Below are positions 33,786-41,285 of a stretch of DNA of 64,000 nucleotides, piece after piece. The notes under the pieces are model-generated. The model was not told where the DNA came from and did not search any database. It saw only the letters and a program-made list of their open reading frames with translations. This DNA is from an uncultured bacterium (GTDB lineage Bacteria; Omnitrophota; Omnitrophia; Omnitrophales; Aquincolibacteriaceae), in contig CAZDVO010000001.1 of assembly GCA_964508905.1 (NCBI GenBank), forward strand, positions 3,977 to 67,976, given 5' to 3'. How positions within the stretch are numbered: position 1 is the first letter of the stretch; every line of letters starts with the position of its first letter. The position numbers were made by a program, and so were the translations under genes.

Positions 33786-35234
33786 TCATTCCGTCACCTC
33801 TTGGATCGATTCGTAAGTGATCTCAAGCAACTGTTCCAACTGCCGTTCCGTCATCCCAAGCGGCGGCATCAACACGATCACCGGCCCGAGCGGCCGCAGG
33901 ATCGCGCCTTTTTTCCGCGCGCGTTCGATCACCTGAACGCCGATCTTCTCCTCGGGAGCGAACTCCGCTTTCGTTTTTTTGTCACGGACGAGTTCAATGC
34001 CTGTCATGAGCCCAACCCGGCGGATATCCCCCACGCAGGAAAGCGCGTGAAAGGATTCAAGCCTTTTGCCTAAAAGCGCGATCCGGGGCTGGAGCTTCTC
34101 GATCGTCCGGTCTTTCTTAAAAAGATCCAGCGTCGCCAACGCCGCCGCGCATGCCAACGGATTCGCCGTGTAAGTGTGCCCGTGGAAGAAGGTCTTGAAC
34201 TCTTCGTATCGGCCGAGAAAAGCCTCATACACCGCTTCGCTCGTAAGCGTCGCGGCCAGCGGCAGATAACCGCCCGTCAGGCCTTTGGCGACCGCCATAA
34301 TGTCCGGCACGACACCTTCGTGTTCCGCGGCGAACATCTTGCCCGTCCGCCCGAATCCCGTCGCGACCTCATCAAAAATGAGGAGCGTATTATACTTTCG
34401 CGTCAATTCCCTCGCACGGGAAATATAACCTTCCGGCTGGTCGATCATCCCCGCGGCCCCCTGCATCAGGGGTTCCATCACGAACGCGGCCAGCTCGTCC
34501 TGATTCTCGCGCAACACCTTCTCCATCGCGTCCAAGGATTCTCTCTTCACTTGTTCCGGATCGTCACCAGTCTCCCACCGGTAACGGTACGGCGACGGAA
34601 CGGCGAGCGTTTCAAAAAGAAGTGGCTTGTAGATCTGATGGAAAAGATCGATCCCGCCCATACTGACCGAGCCGATCGTGTCGCCGTGATAGGCGTTCGT
34701 GAGGCGGGCGAATTTCTTTTTCCGCGGTTGGCCTTTCTGCTGCCAATACTGGTACGCGATCTTCACCGCGATCTCCATCGCCTCGGACCCGGAATCGGAA
34801 TAAAAAACGCGGGTGAGACAATGCTTTTTGTCATCCTGAGGGTTTTTCCCGTCATGCTGAGCGAAGCGAAGCATCTCGCTCGGAGATTCTTCGGGCTTTG
34901 CCCTCAGAATGACGTCGCTGTTACCCGGCGCGATCGCGATCAATTGCTCGGAGAGCTCGATCGCTGTCGGGTGAGAAAGGCCGAGGAATGTCGTATGCGC
35001 GATCTTGCCGAGCTGTTTTTTAACGGCCTTATCGATCGCGGGAACCCGATGCCCGAACACATTGCACCAGAGGGACGACACCCCGTCCAGGTACCGCCGC
35101 CCGTCCGTATCGATCAGGTAACAGCCTTCCCCTTTTTCAATGACGGGAAAATCCTCTGCCTGCCAGTCCCGCATCTGCGTAAACGGATGCCAGATGTATT
35201 TTCTATCTTTCGCGACAAGTTCGTTGGTATTCAT
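33786..35234 (-). CDS. bioA: Adenosylmethionine-8-amino-7-oxononanoate aminotransferase, carrying an in-frame insert
   Basis: A class-III aminotransferase (...FYSDSGSEAMEIAVKIAYQYW...IFDEVATGFGRTGKMFA...). An insert of about 30 aa (SDVILRAKPEESPSEMLRFAQHDGKNPQDDKKHC) precedes the conserved RVFYSDSGS block. Confidence 0.85.
   Translation of the reverse strand: MNTNELVAKDRKYIWHPFTQMRDWQAEDFPVIEKGEGCYLIDTDGRRYLDGVSSLWCNVFGHRVPAIDKAVKKQLGKIAHTTFLGLSHPTAIELSEQLIAIAPGNSDVILRAKPEESPSEMLRFAQHDGKNPQDDKKHCLTRVFYSDSGSEAMEIAVKIAYQYWQQKGQPRKKKFARLTNAYHGDTIGSVSMGGIDLFHQIYKPLLFETLAVPSPYRYRWETGDDPEQVKRESLDAMEKVLRENQDELAAFVMEPLMQGAAGMIDQPEGYISRARELTRKYNTLLIFDEVATGFGRTGKMFAAEHEGVVPDIMAVAKGLTGGYLPLAATLTSEAVYEAFLGRYEEFKTFFHGHTYTANPLACAAALATLDLFKKDRTIEKLQPRIALLGKRLESFHALSCVGDIRRVGLMTGIELVRDKKTKAEFAPEEKIGVQVIERARKKGAILRPLGPVIVLMPPLGMTERQLEQLLEITYESIQEVTE
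34818..34920. repeat. In-frame palindromic insert inside bioA
   Basis: GTCATCCTGAGGG ... CCCTCAGAATGAC (13 bp, one mismatch) encloses GAGCGAAGCGAAGCATCTCGCTC with inner GAGCGA/TCGCTC arms. The insert encodes residues absent from BioA homologues. Confidence 0.5.
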
Positions 35235-35329
35235 AAATCCTCTGGGATCGATGTGAACGAGCGCCTATATTAGCGCATCGTCGCCAGGAAGGGAATCTCT
35301 CCCGTGAAAACCGCAGAGGATCGGTGAGG

Positions 35330-35878
35330 CTAATCCTTCACGCGGACGGCGAATCCTTTTTGGAGAAGTTCGTTATTGAGGTAGGCCTGCGCTCCGTCCT
35401 TCCCTGTATAGAAAATATCCGCCACGTACCGGCCGTATTTGTCGTCGGAGGGCGTGGTCTTGAGAAGGATCCCGGCGCCCACGGGAAGGACCTTTTGAAC
35501 AAAACGTTTCGCGGCCTCCCCTTCGGGGCTCCCCAGCTCGGGACAATCGATGCCGCGAAGCCGGAGTTTTTCGCGGACCTGGGTGCCGAATCCCACATCG
35601 ATCACGGCCCAAAGCGTATCGCCGTCGATCACGCGCTCGACCACCGCTTCATAAACGTACGAAGGTTTGGCGGTAAGCGTCACGCCTTTCAACTCCGCGG
35701 CACCGACCGAACGGTAAACGCAAAACCCGCAATCGACGGCACCCCGCTCAGTCTTTTGATACGTGTGGAGCGTCAGATCTTGGGGCGGCGTCAAAAGCTC
35801 GGCCGGTTTTTTTATTTCCGATGTTCCGGCAAGATTCTCCGCGACCGCGGCTCCTTCAGGAGCTGTATTTTCCGCCAA
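35330..35878 (-). CDS. Staphylococcal-nuclease (thermonuclease/SNase)-like nuclease
   Basis: ...VIDGDTLWAVIDVGFGTQVREKLRLRGIDCPE...DDKYGRYVADIF...NNELLQKGFA follows the SNase pattern (DGDT...RL.GIDaPE...RYGR...GlA). Confidence 0.6.
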   Translation of the reverse strand: MAENTAPEGAAVAENLAGTSEIKKPAELLTPPQDLTLHTYQKTERGAVDCGFCVYRSVGAAELKGVTLTAKPSYVYEAVVERVIDGDTLWAVIDVGFGTQVREKLRLRGIDCPELGSPEGEAAKRFVQKVLPVGAGILLKTTPSDDKYGRYVADIFYTGKDGAQAYLNNELLQKGFAVRVKD

Positions 35879-35921
35879 CGACTGGAAAATCCGACCAAAT
35901 TAAAGCTATAGTTATTCTCTA

Positions 35922-36051
35922 TCTATTTTTTTATACCGTATCGGGTATAAAATTCATTGCTGACAATAAATATATACCCTATAAGGTATATATTTAAATT
36001 TAATATACCCTTTAGGGTATATATTAATATTTATTTGATTAAACTATACCC
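35922..36051. promoter_or_regulatory. Array of four 18-bp palindromic operators (TATACC-N6-GGTATA) upstream of hipB
   Basis: tataccgtatcgggtata (35922-35939), tataccctataaggtata (35963-35980), tataccctttagggtata (35993-36010) and tataccctttatggtata (36034-36051), with spacings of 41, 30 and 41 bp. This parallels the four TATCC-N8-GGATA HipB operators in E. coli hipBA. Confidence 0.65.
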
Positions 36052-36073
36052 TTTATGGTATAGTTTTGTTGCT

Positions 36074-36301
36074 ATGGAACCTATAGGGAAACAAATCCAG
36101 GCATTGCGGAAGGAAGCGAATCTGACTCAAAAAGAATTCGCCAGGCGCGTGGGGGTGGGGTTGCGCTTTGTCCGCGATCTTGAGCAAGGTAAATCAAGCG
36201 TGCGCCTGGACAAAGTCGATCAAGTCCTCGAATTCCTTGGGCATCATTTGGAAATCGTTTCAGACCATGAGCCAAAAAATATTCCGGACAGCAAAAATTA
36301 A
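36074..36301 (+). CDS. hipB: HipB-like XRE-family HTH antitoxin
   Basis: MEPIGKQIQALRKEANLTQKEFARRVGVGLRFVRDLEQGKSSVRLDKVDQVLEFLG is an XRE/Cro HTH. Start at the ATG at 36074; the ORF-track start at 35957 would read through the operator array. Confidence 0.7.
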   Translation: MEPIGKQIQALRKEANLTQKEFARRVGVGLRFVRDLEQGKSSVRLDKVDQVLEFLGHHLEIVSDHEPKNIPDSKN

Positions 36302-36596
36302 TTATCAAGGACGGCTTGCCGGCCTTTTATCCGAAACAGAAAAAGGCTATCGCTTTGTCTACGATCCAAATTATGTACAGAATGGCGGGAAGCCTATTTC
36401 TGTTTCGCTGCCATTGCGGCCGGAACCTTATGAATCAGAAAAACTTTTCAGTTTCTTTGAAGGCCTTTTAGCGGAAGGGTGGTACCGGGACATTATGTGC
36501 GCGGTCGCTAAAGTTGACACCCGAGATTCCTTTGGCCTTTTACTTGCCGCGACAGGTGACACCATCGGAGCCGTCACGATCCAAAAGCCAGAATAA
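36267..36596 (+). CDS. hipS: HipS-like protein (stand-alone HipA N-terminal subdomain)
   Basis: MSQKIFRTAKINYQGRLAGLL...ISVSLPLRPE...FFEGLLAEGW...FGLLLAATGDTIGAV aligns with HipA N-subdomain 1 (LSLSLPL...FFDNLLPEG...FALLAHAGRECAGAL). Overlaps hipB by 35 bp. Confidence 0.7.
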   Translation: MSQKIFRTAKINYQGRLAGLLSETEKGYRFVYDPNYVQNGGKPISVSLPLRPEPYESEKLFSFFEGLLAEGWYRDIMCAVAKVDTRDSFGLLLAATGDTIGAVTIQKPE

Positions 36597-36598
36597 CT

Positions 36599-37459
36599 AT
36601 GGACCCAAAATTTTTGAAAGCGCTATTCGGAATAAGCGAGCTTCCTACCATATCTTTCTCTTCAGAGGATATTCCGCTCAAAGCCCAGGATATGGCTGAT
36701 GCGAAGCTGTCCATTTCGGGTGTTCAGCCCAAACTTTCTCTTAAAATGGATAAACAACGGAAAGAGCTTGTGCTCGCTCCGACGGGCGGAGAATATATTT
36801 TCAAACCGCAAACGCCGGCGTTCCCGCATATTCCGGAAAATGAAAACTGCTGCATGGATATTGCGCAAACCTTTAACATTGAGGTGCCGCCTCATTGCCT
36901 TCTCAAGCTTAAGGACGGAACTTTGGGCTATGTCGTGAAACGATTTGACCGCCAAGGCGAAGAGAAGGTCCATCAAGAGGATTTTTATCAAATTCTAGAA
37001 AAAACCGATAAATATCTCGGCTCATTGGAGCAGATCGGAAAAAAATTAAAAGAGATCTCGGCTGTTCCCGGCCTTGATATTCAACTGTTCTTCGAACGCG
37101 TCGTGTTAAACTTCCTTCTTGGAAATGGAGACGCTCATTTTAAGAACTTTTCCGTTTCTCATCGCGCGGAGGGGGTCCGTCTCTCGCCGGCCTACGATAT
37201 CGTTTCCTCAAAACTGGTTCTTCCAAAAGAAGAAGATTCGGCGCTGACTCTCAACGGCAAAAAGAACCGTATCACCCGTAACGATCTTGATGCGTTTGCC
37301 GAGAACTTAAAGATCCCGCAAAAGATCCGCTATGAAAAATTCGCGGGCAAAACAGACTTGATCGAGCAATTCATCCGGTCAAGCCAGCTACCGCAAGATT
37401 TCAAATCACGATTTGTCGAGATCGTCCTCTCCCGCTACGAACGCCTTAAGATCGCTTAA
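36599..37459 (+). CDS. hipT: HipT-like Ser/Thr kinase toxin (HipA kinase core lacking N-subdomain 1)
   Basis: SISGVQPKLS; catalytic motif GNGDAHFKNFS; ...SPAYDIVSS... The ATG lies 2 nt after the hipS stop, in a different frame. Confidence 0.75.
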   Translation: MDPKFLKALFGISELPTISFSSEDIPLKAQDMADAKLSISGVQPKLSLKMDKQRKELVLAPTGGEYIFKPQTPAFPHIPENENCCMDIAQTFNIEVPPHCLLKLKDGTLGYVVKRFDRQGEEKVHQEDFYQILEKTDKYLGSLEQIGKKLKEISAVPGLDIQLFFERVVLNFLLGNGDAHFKNFSVSHRAEGVRLSPAYDIVSSKLVLPKEEDSALTLNGKKNRITRNDLDAFAENLKIPQKIRYEKFAGKTDLIEQFIRSSQLPQDFKSRFVEIVLSRYERLKIA

Positions 37460-37550
37460 AACAGCCTTTTGCGCATTGCTTTAAGGCTGCCCCCCCTTAA
37501 TTCTTTACATGAAATACGGCTTCTAAACCATATCTCCTGTCAGGAATTTA

Positions 37551-37874
37551 TTGTGGCGGGATCTTTTCAGGGAGATCAAAAACCGGATCCATCAGGCGCA
37601 GTATCAGGACCTCCGGGCCGTCAACCGGGAACTTGTCTCTCTTGATTGGGATATTGGTTCGAAACTTTACGAAAAGATCGAAAACTCCGGAAAGGGCCAA
37701 GGGGTCATCAAAAAGCTGGCCCAAGACCTCCGGGCTGTTTTCCCGGGCAAGCGGGGATTTTCAAGCAGAAATCTGTGGGAAATGAAAAAGCTATATGCCA
37801 CTTATAAAACACGCCTTATCGATACCGGGCTTCTCAAAAGCAAACTACATTCACTTCCGGCCCCCCGGCTTTGA
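37551..37874 (+). pseudogene. Truncated DUF1016 (YhcG-like PD-(D/E)xK nuclease) N-terminal fragment
   Basis: ...IKNRIHQAQYQDLRAVNRELVSLDWDIGSKLYEKIENSGKGQGVIKKLAQDLRAVFPGKRGFSSRNLWEMKKLYATY matches the first ~100 aa of YhcG/DUF1016 proteins (full length about 340 aa), then terminates. Non-ATG start. Confidence 0.5.
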
Positions 37875-37965
37875 ACTCTACCAAGAAATGCGATGAGCGG
37901 AAAACGAGCAAACCCGCCGCACTGAGCGCCTCTTAAAAATTCATCTGCAGTGGAGTTCGGGTCGG

Positions 37966-39108
37966 TTACGCAATCGCGCGGAAGGCCTGGAGAAGGGCCT
38001 GGATGTCTTCGGCGGTATGCGCGGCAGAGACGGTGATGCGGAGGCGGGCTTTGCCCTTGGGCACGGTCGGGTAGCGGACCGCCGGGATAAAGAGCCCCTG
38101 GCCGAGCAGTTTTTCGAACGCCTCCATCGCTTTCTTTTCATCGCCCAGGATCACGGGGAGCACCGCGGATCCGGGCTGCGCCAGATGAAAGCCGAGCTTC
38201 GTGAGCCCCTGATACACTTCCCGGATATTCGCCCAGAGCCTTTCGATCAGGGCGGGGTCTTCTTCGATCACGCAAAAAGCTTCGCGCGCCGTTTCGCAGA
38301 GGACCGGAGGCAGGGCCGTCGCGAAAATGAACGGCCGGGCAAAATTCATCAGAAGATCGATCAAGCTTTGATCCGCGGCGACAAAGCCGCCCAATCCCCC
38401 GATCGCCTTGGAGAGCGTGCCCATGATCAGATCAATGCCTTCGGAGTAGCTTGAAGTCGCACCGGGGCTTCCCTTGGGAAAGACGCCCGTGCCGTGCGCG
38501 TCGTCCACGACAAGCAACGCCCCGTACTTTGCTTTGATCCGGATCAGTTCGTTCAGGTCCGCGCGGTCCCCGTCCATCCCGAACACGTTCTCCGTCACTA
38601 CGAGCTTACGAGGGGCCTTTGATCTTTTAAGGATCTCCTCGCATCGGGCGTAATGCTTGTGAGGGAAAACGCGGATCTCGGCGCCGGAAAGCCGCGCGCC
38701 GTCGATCAGGGACGCGTGGCAGAGCTTATCCATGACGATGACGTCGCCTTTCCCCGCGAAAGAAGAAAGGATGCCGAGATTGGCGAGGAATCCGGACCCG
38801 AACACGAGCGCGCTGTCCTTGTGTTTGAAGGCGGCGATCTTTTTTTCAAGGGACGCGTGCGCCTCCGTGGTCCCGGAGATCAGCCGCGCCGAACGCGCGC
38901 CGATCCCGTACTGGTCGATCGCCTTGTGCGCCGCCGCGATCAACCGCGGATGCCGGCTCATGCCCAGATAGTCGTTGCCGCAGAAGAGGATCATCTTCCG
39001 GCCTTCAAAAACGGCGCGGGTGCCCTCGTGTTCTTCCAGAACGCGGAGGGAGCGGTAGAGATGCTTTTCCTTGAGCCTCTCTAATTCTTTTTTTACATCG
39101 TTCATCAT
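37966..39108 (-). CDS. bioF: 8-amino-7-oxononanoate synthase (class-II PLP acyltransferase; a Kbl-type alternative is not excluded)
   Basis: ...GSGFLANLGILSS...DKLCHASLIDGARLS...GTLSKAIGGLGGFVAAD... The biotin-operon context favours BioF. Confidence 0.7.
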   Translation of the reverse strand: MMNDVKKELERLKEKHLYRSLRVLEEHEGTRAVFEGRKMILFCGNDYLGMSRHPRLIAAAHKAIDQYGIGARSARLISGTTEAHASLEKKIAAFKHKDSALVFGSGFLANLGILSSFAGKGDVIVMDKLCHASLIDGARLSGAEIRVFPHKHYARCEEILKRSKAPRKLVVTENVFGMDGDRADLNELIRIKAKYGALLVVDDAHGTGVFPKGSPGATSSYSEGIDLIMGTLSKAIGGLGGFVAADQSLIDLLMNFARPFIFATALPPVLCETAREAFCVIEEDPALIERLWANIREVYQGLTKLGFHLAQPGSAVLPVILGDEKKAMEAFEKLLGQGLFIPAVRYPTVPKGKARLRITVSAAHTAEDIQALLQAFRAIA

Positions 39109-39127
39109 GCCCGCCTCTTTAACTTTT

Positions 39128-39186
39128 CCGAACAGCGCAACGGAACAGCCGTTTCATTCATTGCGCGTTGCGCTTCGTTCGTTGAA
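39128..39186. repeat. GCGCAACG/CGTTGCGC hairpin repeat (copy 3 of 4), between fabF and bioF
   Basis: gaacagcgcaacggaacagccg...cattgcgcgttgcgcttcgttcgttgaac. Confidence 0.45.
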
Positions 39187-39204
39187 CTTCGAAAAGTTTG
39201 CTTT

Positions 39205-40410
39205 TCAAATTTTTCGAAGAAGCACGGCCGCGACTTGCCCGCCGAATCCCATCGAAAGTTTTACCGCGCTTGCCGCCTTCCGGGCCCGCGCTTTCCCGGG
39301 GACATAGTCAAGATCGCACGCGGGATCGCTTTTTTCAAGCCCCACGGTCGGAGGCAGGAATCCTTCGTGGATCCCCAACAGCGTCGCGATGATCTCCACC
39401 GCCCCCGTCGCTCCGAGCATATGCCCGGTCGCGCCCTTGGTCGAACTCATCGGAATGCGGTACGCCGCCGCGCCAAGGGCTTCCTTGATCTCCCGGGTCT
39501 CGTAGAGATCGCCATATTTTGTCCCGGTCCCGTGTAAATGCAAGTAATCGATATCGCTCGGGCCGATCCCGGCCCGCTTCAGCAGAAGTTTCAGCGTGTA
39601 CGAAAGCGCGTGTTCTTCCGGATCAAAAATGATCGGGTGCTTGCTGTCCTGCCCGTAGGCGGATTCGACGATCTCGCCGTAGATCCGCGCTCCCCGCGCC
39701 TTCGCGTTTTCCAGCGTCTCCAGAAAGACCACACCCGCGCCTTCACCGACCAGGAAACCGTCCCGGCGCGCGTCAAACGGGCGAAGGTCGCTTTTCGCGA
39801 GCGCTTTCATATTCTGGTATCCCGCGAGCATCAGGGAAGAAAGTGAAGCGTCGGTCGCTCCCGCCAGGCAATATTCGGCCTGCCCTTCGGAAACCATCCG
39901 GAAACCCTGGATGATCGCGACCGTCCCCGTCGTGCACGCGGACGCGTAACATTGAGCCGGCCCCCGGACATTCATCCGGCGGGCGATCCACTGGGCCGCG
40001 AGATTGGGTAGCGCGCTCGTGTAGAGCCGGGCGCCCAGGATCGCGCTCGGGGACTTCCGAAAACGTTCGGCAAGTTGGCTCAGGCTGTGAACGCCGCCTT
40101 TGCTCGAGCTGACGGAAAGCGCGACCGCGTAAGGATCGACTTTGCTCAGGTCCATCCCCGCGTCCGCGACGGCTTGTTCGGCGGCGGCCACGGCGTATTG
40201 AATGAAGGGATCGAGCTTCTGCGTCGCGTTTGGGCGCGGGTTAAAATCCCTCACGGGAAAAACGGGCGGAAACCGGTAGCCTTCAGGCGTCACGTATTCC
40301 CCGGACGCTTTGCCGCAAACCCCTTGTTTGAGATTCTCGCGGAACGCGTCCAGAGTATTTCCGATCGGCGAAAGCACTCCCATCCCTGTCACAACCACGC
40401 GTCTTTTCAC
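39205..40410 (-). CDS. fabF: 3-oxoacyl-ACP synthase II (FabF-like KAS), located inside the biotin operon
   Basis: VKRRVVVTGMGVLSPIGNT...CTTG...HGTGT...GHMLGATGAVE... is full-length KAS-II-like. The start is set at the GTG (VKRRVVV) that abuts the arm of inverted-repeat element 3. The in-frame ATG at 40482 lies inside that element and would add 24 aa. Confidence 0.8.
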   Translation of the reverse strand: MKRRVVVTGMGVLSPIGNTLDAFRENLKQGVCGKASGEYVTPEGYRFPPVFPVRDFNPRPNATQKLDPFIQYAVAAAEQAVADAGMDLSKVDPYAVALSVSSSKGGVHSLSQLAERFRKSPSAILGARLYTSALPNLAAQWIARRMNVRGPAQCYASACTTGTVAIIQGFRMVSEGQAEYCLAGATDASLSSLMLAGYQNMKALAKSDLRPFDARRDGFLVGEGAGVVFLETLENAKARGARIYGEIVESAYGQDSKHPIIFDPEEHALSYTLKLLLKRAGIGPSDIDYLHLHGTGTKYGDLYETREIKEALGAAAYRIPMSSTKGATGHMLGATGAVEIIATLLGIHEGFLPPTVGLEKSDPACDLDYVPGKARARKAASAVKLSMGFGGQVAAVLLRKI

Positions 40411-40530
40411 CCTGTTAGAGATGGGAAGCGCTTCTGAAGCGCTTCCGTTAAATCCTCTTTTTTCTTGTCCGGAATTTTTCATGTTTTCCGCCTAAAAAAT
40501 CTCGCCTCGTTTTACGAATCTCTAACGGGG
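40410..40530. repeat. Intergenic element bounded by the inverted repeat CCCTGTTAGAGAT ... ATCTCTAACGGGG (copy 3 of 3), between fabG and fabF
   Basis: The 13-bp inverted repeat has one mismatch. About 95 bp of unrelated interior includes the hairpin GGAAGCGCTTC-TGAA-GCGCTTCC. This spot is where acpP lies in canonical fab clusters. Confidence 0.55.
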
Positions 40531-40551
40531 CCGATCCTTTTCAAAAGGTGG

Positions 40552-41283
40552 CTACGAGAAAGGACGGGATTCAAAATGAAAGACTTGCCCCGTCACCTGA
40601 CGCATCTGGTCAGAGGCGAGGTAAACAAGAAAGCCGGCCACTTCCTCCGGATCGGAAAAAGCCTTCAGCGGACTGTCTTCCAGGTTCCGGTCGAGAACGG
40701 CCTGCGGCACCTTCCCGGTCATCGCGGACCGCATAAACCCTGGGTTCACGGCATTCACGAGGATCTTTTTGCGCCCGAGCTCCCGGGCGAGCGTTTTGGT
40801 CATCGCGATCAGGCCGCCTTTGGCCGCGGCATAATTCGCGGCGCCGGCAAGTCCGGAGAGTCCCGCGCGGCTCACGAGCGTGAATACTTTGCTCGGTTTC
40901 CGTCGCATCAGAAGCGGCAGTAGTTTCTGCGTCAGATAGAACGGGGCTTTGAGGTCGACCGCGAGGACCCGGTCCCAATCCTGTTCAGACATTTTTTCAA
41001 GCAGGCTGTCGGCCGTGGCCGCGGCGTTGTGAATGAGAACGTCCAGTTGTTCCGTTCCCCGCGAGAAGGCGTCGACAAAAGCATCGATCGCCCGGCTGTC
41101 GCCCAGATCGAGCGCGACGCCGCGGGCGCCGGCCCTTTCCAGTTCGGCGGCAAGGTCGGAGGCCCGGTGATACGTGAAAAAAACGCGGGCACCTTGCGCG
41201 AGGGCTTGAGTCACGAACGCGCGGCCCAAGGCACTGGTGCCGCCCGTGATCAGAATGGTTTTATCTTTGAGGGAAAGTTCCAA
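40552..41283 (-). CDS. fabG: 3-oxoacyl-ACP reductase (SDR family, FabG-like)
   Basis: TILITGGTSALGRAF (Rossmann fold) ...NAA...S...YAAAKGG... (SDR catalytic YxxxK). Confidence 0.75.
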   Translation of the reverse strand: MELSLKDKTILITGGTSALGRAFVTQALAQGARVFFTYHRASDLAAELERAGARGVALDLGDSRAIDAFVDAFSRGTEQLDVLIHNAAATADSLLEKMSEQDWDRVLAVDLKAPFYLTQKLLPLLMRRKPSKVFTLVSRAGLSGLAGAANYAAAKGGLIAMTKTLARELGRKKILVNAVNPGFMRSAMTGKVPQAVLDRNLEDSPLKAFSDPEEVAGFLVYLASDQMRQVTGQVFHFESRPFS

Positions 41284-41285
41284 GG

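Noticed and set aside
36599-37459. HipT as simply the 3' part of a frameshifted full-length hipA pseudogene
   Set aside because: This is not excluded. It is disfavoured because hipS ends with a clean TAA and hipT begins with its own ATG 2 nt later, and the domain split matches the HipS/HipT boundary exactly. It is kept as an alternative under the HipBST finding.
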